Shown: piece by piece, positions 59,090 through 64,000 of the stretch
How the letters are laid out: the number at the start of each line of letters is the position of its first letter
Position numbering within the stretch: position 1 is the stretch's first letter
Assembly: GCA_045541135.1 (NCBI GenBank)
Contig: JAZQIO010000088.1
Span: 12,136 to 76,135, forward strand
Origin: Clostridia bacterium
GTDB taxonomy: Bacteria; Bacillota; Clostridia; Monoglobales; Firm-18
Length of the DNA stretch: 64,000 bases
Direction of reading: 5' to 3'
Notes under the pieces: model-generated
The model's database searches: none
What the model was told of the DNA's origin: nothing
Seen by the model: only the letters and a program-made list of their open reading frames with translations
Program-made: the position numbers and the translations under genes

Positions 59090-59131
59090 AAAGACAACAA
59101 AAAAACGGCACATCCGAAAGAATGTACCGTT
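59090..59131 (-). terminator. Intrinsic terminator closing the small-ORF array
   Basis: The - strand reads AACGGTACAT-tctttcgg-ATGTGCCGTT followed by TTTTTGTTGTCTTTTTTT. Confidence 0.75.
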
Positions 59132-59177
59132 CAGAAAACTTTAATCAGTTAAGCTATGCAGTCAAGGAAATTATGTA

Positions 59178-59519
59178 TTAACGTATATAAGGCCATATAA
59201 AATCATCTGCACTTCCGGTTTTAGACCATACTGTTTGCTCCCATTTATCATACTTCCATTCACCGCTCTTTTTGGAAAAAGTTAATACATCACCACCCGT
59301 TCGATTTTTAGAAACATAGTAAACACGTGCATAAGTATCTGAATACTCTAATACTTTTAAATATTCTATTTCTCCAATCATAGTGTTTTCCTGATATATC
59401 GTATTAAACTGATACCCATATTTATATGTTAAAATTTCGCATTTTAAAATTGCAATACCCCAAATCAACATAAACAGAACTATAAACGCCAAAAAAATTC
59501 TAAAGCAAATTTTTTTCAT
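59178..59519 (-). CDS. Array ORF 6: small membrane-anchored hypothetical protein
   Basis: Start moved to the ATG at 59519 (MKKICFRIFLAF...), 7 nt after AGGAGG. Single N-terminal TM. Confidence 0.6.
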   Translation of the reverse strand: MKKICFRIFLAFIVLFMLIWGIAILKCEILTYKYGYQFNTIYQENTMIGEIEYLKVLEYSDTYARVYYVSKNRTGGDVLTFSKKSGEWKYDKWEQTVWSKTGSADDFIWPYIR

Positions 59520-59560
59520 AATTAACCTCCTATTCAAATCCCAATAGCACTGTAACGGAA

Positions 59561-59624
59561 AGGACAGGGGGACGGTTCTCTTGTCTACCTATTTCAGGAC
59601 GGTAGAACCGTCCCCTTGTCTTTT
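59561..59624. repeat. Array repeat copy A (~60-bp imperfect palindrome)
   Basis: AGGACAGGGGGACGGTTCTCTTGTCTACCTATTTCAGGACGGTAGAACCGTCCCCTTGTCTTTT. 17-bp arms at 59563-59579 and 59604-59620. Confidence 0.9.
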
Positions 59625-59631
59625 GTGTTTG

Positions 59632-59868
59632 TCAAAAACAACTAAATGTTATTACTACCTTATCAAATATATCTTCCAACTTTTCACCATCCACACAATA
59701 TTTTCCAACATCATTTGGATTTTGATATATTTTTTCTGTTAAATAATTATAAAATTCCATAACATGTATGCCTTTTTCGGAATGTGTAATAGAATAATTT
59801 TTATTAGCGTATGTAAATTCTATTTCTCCACCACGCATAATGTTATTATATAACTCAATTATACTCAT
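59632..59868 (-). CDS. Array ORF 5: 78-aa hypothetical protein
   Basis: Start moved to the ATG at 59868 (MSIIELYNN...), 7 nt after AAGGAGA. The track's longer N-terminus runs through a GC-rich hairpin and has no RBS. Confidence 0.55.
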   Translation of the reverse strand: MSIIELYNNIMRGGEIEFTYANKNYSITHSEKGIHVMEFYNYLTEKIYQNPNDVGKYCVDGEKLEDIFDKVVITFSCF

Positions 59869-59960
59869 AAACTTAATTCTCCTTTTACTTTGTGCAAATA
59901 CTGGAGGGCAGAATATCCACCCTCCTGCCATTGGTCGTTCAGTCAGTAATTAAAACCAAT

Positions 59961-60377
59961 TTATTGCGTTGTTGTTGGATCCATAATCCATATACCTTTT
60001 GTTTGCCCTTCATTTTCAAAAAAACAATGTCTGATACCACATACACCATTGTCATCTTCGTATATTATAATTGCAGAGTTATCTTTCAAATGATAATAAC
60101 ATCTTATAATTCCAAACCCTGTAGTACCATTGGGTTCTCCTAAAACACCTACAATTTCCTCAATACTCATGCCTTTTTTAACAAACAAAAAGTCATCCAC
60201 TTCTAAACTACGCTCAATATGCTTATAATCATTTGTAATAATTGGTATTTTCACTAATTCTTCAACTAATTCCTGTTTGTTGCTCATTGCTTCACTACTT
60301 TCCATCTCATAGTTTTTATAATACAAATTGAAACTACTTAAACAAACTACAATAAATGCAAAAAACAAAACCCTCAA
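59961..60377 (-). CDS. Array ORF 4: membrane-anchored or secreted hypothetical protein
   Basis: The in-frame TTG at 60377, 6 nt after AAGGAGG, gives M-RVLFFAFIVVCLSSF... (signal anchor). Confidence 0.55.
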   Translation of the reverse strand: MRVLFFAFIVVCLSSFNLYYKNYEMESSEAMSNKQELVEELVKIPIITNDYKHIERSLEVDDFLFVKKGMSIEEIVGVLGEPNGTTGFGIIRCYYHLKDNSAIIIYEDDNGVCGIRHCFFENEGQTKGIWIMDPTTTQ

Positions 60378-60459
60378 ATTACCCCTCCTTAGAAATGGCA
60401 TAATATCCTACAAAAGATGTATAGCCAGCTTTATCTGCAGATACCATTGGATTTCCAAA

Positions 60460-60502
60460 AGGACAGGGGGACGGTCAAGACAGCAGAACCATCCCTTGTC
60501 TC
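60460..60502. repeat. Array repeat copy B (short variant)
   Basis: AGGACAGGGGGACGGTCAAGACAGCAGAACCATCCCTTGTCTC. Both arms are recognisable, but the central ~24-nt spacer is replaced by 9 nt. It overlaps the stop codon of ORF 3. Confidence 0.8.
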
Positions 60503-60839
60503 ATTGATTAGAAAAAACAATGCTTCCCCTTAATTTTTCATATACTACTACATAATAAAACAAATCTCCAAATTTCAAATTATAATTCTTTACATATTCA
60601 ATTGCTTGATTAAAGCTTATATTTATATTTTCTTCATAAGTTAATGCATAATTATAATTATAATACCAATTATCATATGTGTAACTCAAATCCTTATTAA
60701 TAACATCCCCACCTAAAATAAGAAATTGATTTTCGTATAACGATTTAATAACGTAAACAATATCAGAATAATTCCACGCCAATTCCCCAGTACAAACGTT
60801 TATAGCTCTGTTTCTTATTTTTTCTTGTAAAAATTCCAA
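60501..60839 (-). CDS. Array ORF 3: 112-aa cytoplasmic hypothetical protein (immunity-protein-like)
   Basis: TTG start 9 nt after AAGGAG. No signal peptide. Tyr/Asn/Trp-rich. Its size and composition resemble polymorphic-toxin immunity proteins, but I cannot confirm family membership. Confidence 0.5.
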   Translation of the reverse strand: MEFLQEKIRNRAINVCTGELAWNYSDIVYVIKSLYENQFLILGGDVINKDLSYTYDNWYYNYNYALTYEENINISFNQAIEYVKNYNLKFGDLFYYVVVYEKLRGSIVFSNQ

Positions 60840-60856
60840 TTCTAATCACTCCTTAA

Positions 60857-60920
60857 AGGACAGGGGGGACGGTTCTCTTGTCTACCTATTTCAGGACGAT
60901 AGAACCGTCCCCTTGTCTTT
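60857..60920. repeat. Array repeat copy C
   Basis: AGGACAGGGGGGACGGTTCTCTTGTCTACCTATTTCAGGACGATAGAACCGTCCCCTTGTCTTT. It abuts the stop codon of the CPCC gene at 60921. The left arm has one extra G. Confidence 0.9.
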
Positions 60921-61184
60921 TTATCTTTTTTCCATATTCATTGGTTTTCTAACAAAATTAATCATGTCTTTTTTTATAGCTCCAAATTCCAAAAAATTTT
61001 TTTTTGCTTCATTTAATGACACTCCATTGGAACCAAAATTTTTATCTGGGTTTAAATATTGTAAAGAGTCATCTTCCCATCCACATACCTCACATATTTC
61101 AAAAGTCCCAGGATATTCATATGGTTCAAGTGGTTTTTCTAATAAAGTGTAATAACCGCAACATTTACATTGATATTTTTTCAT
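60921..61184 (-). CDS. CPCC-family cysteine-rich small protein
   Basis: 87 aa. YQCKCCGYYTL ... FEICEVCGWEDD matches the CPCC pattern (Cys-rich, Zn-ribbon-like). Confidence 0.7.
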   Translation of the reverse strand: MKKYQCKCCGYYTLLEKPLEPYEYPGTFEICEVCGWEDDSLQYLNPDKNFGSNGVSLNEAKKNFLEFGAIKKDMINFVRKPMNMEKR

Positions 61185-61258
61185 AAACCTCGCCTCTATT
61201 TATCTGTTGAATCCAATAATCCATACCATTAGTTGGTTTAAAATATGTTGATATTGCA

Positions 61259-61364
61259 AGGACAGGGGGGACGGTTCTCTTGTCTACCTATTTCAGGACG
61301 ATAAAACCGTCCCCAAAGTGTCTCACTTTATTGGGTCACCTCAATCCGTCCCCTGTGTTTTGTT
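61259..61364. repeat. Array repeat copy D (rearranged right arm)
   Basis: Normal left arm and spacer. The right arm is truncated to AAAACCGTCCCC. A 31-bp unrelated segment containing the AAAGTG-tct-CACTTT hairpin follows, then a second partial right arm CCGTCCCCTGTG. Confidence 0.85.
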
Positions 61365-61369
61365 ATTGA

Positions 61370-62041
61370 TTACGGCATCAATAATTTTTTATCTTTTTCT
61401 AATAAAAGTGCTAGAAATCCATCTTGTTCATAAGTCATTTCGTCAATTTTCTTTTTTTCTATTTTTGATATTACACCATTTTTATTACAATGTACTTTAA
61501 CTTTGTACCCATCGGAGGTATAATGCGTTGTGTATTTTTCTATATTAACCATTCCAAGTTCAAACATACCATACTCGCCATAAGGATCTATAGACTTAAC
61601 ATCATCAAAGGTGTTTTTACCTATATTAAGGCTATCGAAATCTGACAAAGCAACCCTTTGTCCCAAGTAAAATAGCGAAAATGGATCAATTTCGTTATTC
61701 TCAAAAGAATAAAAACAAAATGCATACTGACCATCATCAGACTTATATACAAAATATGCATATTTGCCATCTTCGGATAATCTGACACATTCCGGTGGCA
61801 TTTTTTCTAAAACCTCATTTACATAATACGGCATATTCATCAAATCATCAGGAGAATATATTGTCCATATAACATCATCCGCATTTACTTCATTATTAAT
61901 CATACTCAATATTTTTTTATCCATTTCACTTTCATAAATATCAACCTTCGTATTTTTAGTTGATTTATCACAACCACAGAAAAGAATAATTAACAAAGTC
62001 AATACTATTAAAAATATATATTTTGAGTATAAGATTCTCAC
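61370..62041 (-). CDS. Array ORF 1: putative lipoprotein
   Basis: The GTG at 62041, 6 nt after AGAGGTG, gives a signal peptide ending ILFCGC-DKS (lipobox-like). The track start at 62059 is a TTG without an RBS. Confidence 0.55.
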   Translation of the reverse strand: MRILYSKYIFLIVLTLLIILFCGCDKSTKNTKVDIYESEMDKKILSMINNEVNADDVIWTIYSPDDLMNMPYYVNEVLEKMPPECVRLSEDGKYAYFVYKSDDGQYAFCFYSFENNEIDPFSLFYLGQRVALSDFDSLNIGKNTFDDVKSIDPYGEYGMFELGMVNIEKYTTHYTSDGYKVKVHCNKNGVISKIEKKKIDEMTYEQDGFLALLLEKDKKLLMP

Positions 62042-62087
62042 ATTGCACACCTCTCTCAATAAATTTTTAATCTGTTATAGCCATATA

Positions 62088-62150
62088 AAGGACAGGGGGA
62101 CGGTTCTCTTGTCTACCGATTTCAGGACGATAGAACCGTCCCCTTGTCTT
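62088..62150. repeat. Array repeat copy E (precedes the first array ORF)
   Basis: AAGGACAGGGGGACGGTTCTCTTGTCTACCGATTTCAGGACGATAGAACCGTCCCCTTGTCTT. Confidence 0.9.
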
Positions 62151-62234
62151 AAGTAACTGTGACAAAGATACAAACCATTGGAAACATCTCATTATGCAAA
62201 CGATAAAATATATAATATATAATGTTACATATTT

Positions 62235-62264
62235 ATTATATCATACCCAAAGTTTTTTTGTAAA
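62235..62264 (-). promoter_or_regulatory. Candidate extended -10 promoter for the small-ORF array
   Basis: The - strand reads TTTACA, 18 nt, then TGaTATAAT, immediately downstream of the gap terminator. Repeat E would then lie in the 5' leader. Confidence 0.35.
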
Positions 62265-62296
62265 CAAAAAAAGTGCACCCCGAAAGGGATGCACCG
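62264..62296 (-). terminator. Intrinsic terminator after gap
   Basis: The - strand reads GTGCATCCC-tttc-GGGGTGCAC followed by TTTTTTTG. Confidence 0.8.
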
Positions 62297-62309
62297 TTTG
62301 AAACTTAAA

Positions 62310-63326
62310 TTAGTTAAGTTCAGCGAAGTATTTGATTGTTCTAACCATCTGGCTTGTGTATGAGTTTTCGTTATCATACCAAGAAACAACCTGTACCTGT
62401 GTGTAGTCTGTGCCTTCGATAGGTGATACCATTGTCTGAGTAGCATCAAACAATGAACCGTATTTCATACCGATAACGTCTGAAGAAACAAGTTCTTCTT
62501 CTGTGTAACCGTATGATTCTGTAGCAGCAGCCTTCATAGCAGCGTTGATTTCATCAACTGTAACCTTACCCTTAACAACTGCAACAAGAATTGTTGTAGA
62601 ACCTGTAGGTGTAGGTACACGCTGAGCTGAACCGATAAGCTTACCGTTAAGTTCAGGAATAACAAGACCGATAGCCTTTGCAGCACCTGTTGAGTTAGGA
62701 ACAATGTTTACTGCAGCAGCACGTGATCTTCTAAGGTCACCCTTACGCTGTGGACCGTCAAGAGTCATCTGGTCGCCTGTGTAAGCGTGGATTGTGCTCA
62801 TGATACCGCTTTCGATAGGAGCAAGATCGTTAAGAGCTTTAGCCATTGGAGCCAAGCAGTTTGTTGTACATGAAGCAGCAGAAATAACTGTATCGTCAGC
62901 CTTTAGTGTTTCATGGTTAACATTGTAAACGATTGTAGGAAGATCGTTACCTGCAGGAGCAGAAATAACTACCTTCTTAGCACCGGCTTCGATATGAGCT
63001 GAAGCCTTTTCCTTAGATGTGTAGAAACCTGTGCATTCCAAAACAACGTCAACACCGATTTCGCCCCAAGGAAGATCTTTAGCATCTTTTTCAGCATAGA
63101 TCTTGATTGTCTTACCGTCAACTGTGATTGAATCTTCACCGGCTGAAACAGTATCACCAAGAGCATATCTGCCTTGAGATGAGTCATACTTTAGTAGGTG
63201 AGCAAGCATCTTAGGGCTTGTCAAGTCGTTGATAGCAACAACTTCATAACCTTCTGCACCGAACATCTGACGGAAAGCCAAACGACCGATACGACCAAAA
63301 CCATTAATTGCAACTTTTACTGCCAT
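62310..63326 (-). CDS. gap: Type I glyceraldehyde-3-phosphate dehydrogenase
   Basis: 338 aa. NGFGRIGR N-terminus. Active-site [10 protein letters not shown]. Confidence 0.95.
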   Translation of the reverse strand: MAVKVAINGFGRIGRLAFRQMFGAEGYEVVAINDLTSPKMLAHLLKYDSSQGRYALGDTVSAGEDSITVDGKTIKIYAEKDAKDLPWGEIGVDVVLECTGFYTSKEKASAHIEAGAKKVVISAPAGNDLPTIVYNVNHETLKADDTVISAASCTTNCLAPMAKALNDLAPIESGIMSTIHAYTGDQMTLDGPQRKGDLRRSRAAAVNIVPNSTGAAKAIGLVIPELNGKLIGSAQRVPTPTGSTTILVAVVKGKVTVDEINAAMKAAATESYGYTEEELVSSDVIGMKYGSLFDATQTMVSPIEGTDYTQVQVVSWYDNENSYTSQMVRTIKYFAELN

Positions 63327-63485
63327 TTTTAGTTTCCTCCTAAAAAAATAATTTATATTGTTATAAAATTAACTAATATATATAATATAACATTTTTCAA
63401 AATTTTACAAGTGTTTTTTTAAAATTTATCAAATTATCCTATGTATATGGTATATTGAATGTAAAATTTAGCTATTTTTATCATT

Positions 63486-64000
63486 TTAGCTGTTTTTACG
63501 CAGAAATTTCAGCACATCAATTTTCTGTCCTTCCATACTGTTTGGACTTCCGAATGCTTCATTCCACAAGTCAAGTGCCTCCACAAGTTCTTCCGGTATT
63601 ACTGCATAGTCGGAATTTTCAATATAATCAAGAAGAAAATGTATGGATTTTCTAAGATGCCATCTGTACATATTTACGCTTGCACAGTTTTTACAAAAAT
63701 CCGTAACTATACCTGCGGTATGGAATGCTATTGCCTCCTTGCTTCTTGACGTTGGTGGGATAAACCTTCCGTTTGCACGCTGTTTTTTCATAATTTCCGC
63801 AAACTGAATTTCTCTGACAGAATGAATCATAGTCTTTTCGGCGTTATTAAGCGAAGGCTCGTACCAGTCTGAGGAAATCTGAAAGCCCTTATCTACATCA
63901 CATTCAAAATTGTACCAGCCTGTTTTATCTGAAATTTTAAGCATTGTATATTTGCTGTGAACGGAATATTCTACCGAGCGGTTTATAACAGCCTGTTTTA
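63486..64000 (-). CDS. Hypothetical protein, N-terminus beyond the window edge
   Basis: The frame stays open upstream of the track's ATG (63944) to the end of the window (...KQAVINRSVEYSVHSKYT-MLKISD...). I recognise no motif. Confidence 0.4.
   Translation of the reverse strand, partial: KQAVINRSVEYSVHSKYTMLKISDKTGWYNFECDVDKGFQISSDWYEPSLNNAEKTMIHSVREIQFAEIMKKQRANGRFIPPTSRSKEAIAFHTAGIVTDFCKNCASVNMYRWHLRKSIHFLLDYIENSDYAVIPEELVEALDLWNEAFGSPNSMEGQKIDVLKFLRKNS

Noticed and set aside
60857-60920. Alternative mutually exclusive folds inside the repeat (GACAGG...CTTGTC and GGACG(G)...(C)CGTCC mini-hairpins), suggesting a riboswitch-like switch
   Set aside because: The alternative helices are only 5-6 bp, one of them with a wobble pair. 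The main stem is 17 bp. By eye the long hairpin should dominate, so there is no good evidence for a switch.
59561-62150. Could the five ~60-bp repeats be a CRISPR array?
   Set aside because: Spacing is 400-900 bp, and the intervals contain complete ORFs with their own ribosome-binding sites. The repeats are about twice CRISPR length and are long palindromes. There are no cas genes in the window.
59561-62150. Canonical integron attC sites
   Set aside because: I could not find the R''/R' core pair (RYYYAAC ... GTTRRRY) at the element ends on either strand, and no intI-like gene is present. I kept this only as an architectural analogy in the findings, not as a feature call.
62225-62449. 74-aa - strand ORF spanning the gap 3' end and its terminator
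   Set aside because: It lies out of frame inside gap and runs through the terminator hairpin. It has no RBS, so it is an artefact of ORF calling.
29484-64000. The 34-kb run of exclusively - strand genes as a prophage, ICE or genomic island
   Set aside because: I saw no integrase, transposase, tRNA target, direct-repeat borders or phage structural genes. The run contains core genes (gap, lar). Only the 59-62 kb block looks compositionally distinct.

Overview
This 64-kb window looks like chromosomal DNA from a low-GC, anaerobic, spore-forming Firmicute of the Clostridia type. That call rests on gene content and order: a SleC-like cortex lytic enzyme, nrdDG, larBCE, and the nusB-xseAB-ispA-dxs-tlyA-nadK-argR-recN block. 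I saw no rRNA, tRNA, CRISPR array, transposase, integrase or phage genes.

Layout:
- 1-17.6 kb: housekeeping and small-molecule metabolism genes. Apart from the two CaCA genes at 1-1.8 kb and the AraC regulator at 16.8-17.6 kb (both + strand), these lie on the - strand. They include tandem CaCA antiporters, a split SleC-like locus, pncB, dus, ppx, guaB, and a nagB/Gfo-Idh-MocA pair with a divergent AraC regulator.
- 17.7-29.4 kb: a + strand core block running from nusB to recN, then rseC-like and nrdD-nrdG. The nrdD promoter carries clear NrdR boxes.
- 29.5-64 kb: everything is on the - strand and more accessory in character. It holds transporters, an SDR/methyltransferase/M20/MBL group, two tandem ~1,790-aa secreted heparinase II/III-like multidomain proteins, a BcrAD/BadFG double-ATPase activase with a DUF2229-type partner, larB-larC-larE with no larA in view, a lipoprotein/acyltransferase/SSS transporter group, a six-ORF array of small unrelated genes, gap, and a truncated unknown ORF.

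The two signals that ordinary gene annotation does not explain:
1. 59.1-62.3 kb: a cassette-like array in which small ORFs, each with its own ribosome-binding site, are separated by five co-oriented copies of a conserved ~60-bp GC-rich imperfect palindrome.
2. 32198-32376: a non-coding element built from four TGAATT(G) motifs and four mirrored (C)AATTCA motifs, nested around a centre, with a different short palindromic hairpin between each pair of motifs.

All calls come from reading the sequence and the ORF translations by eye. No database searches were run.
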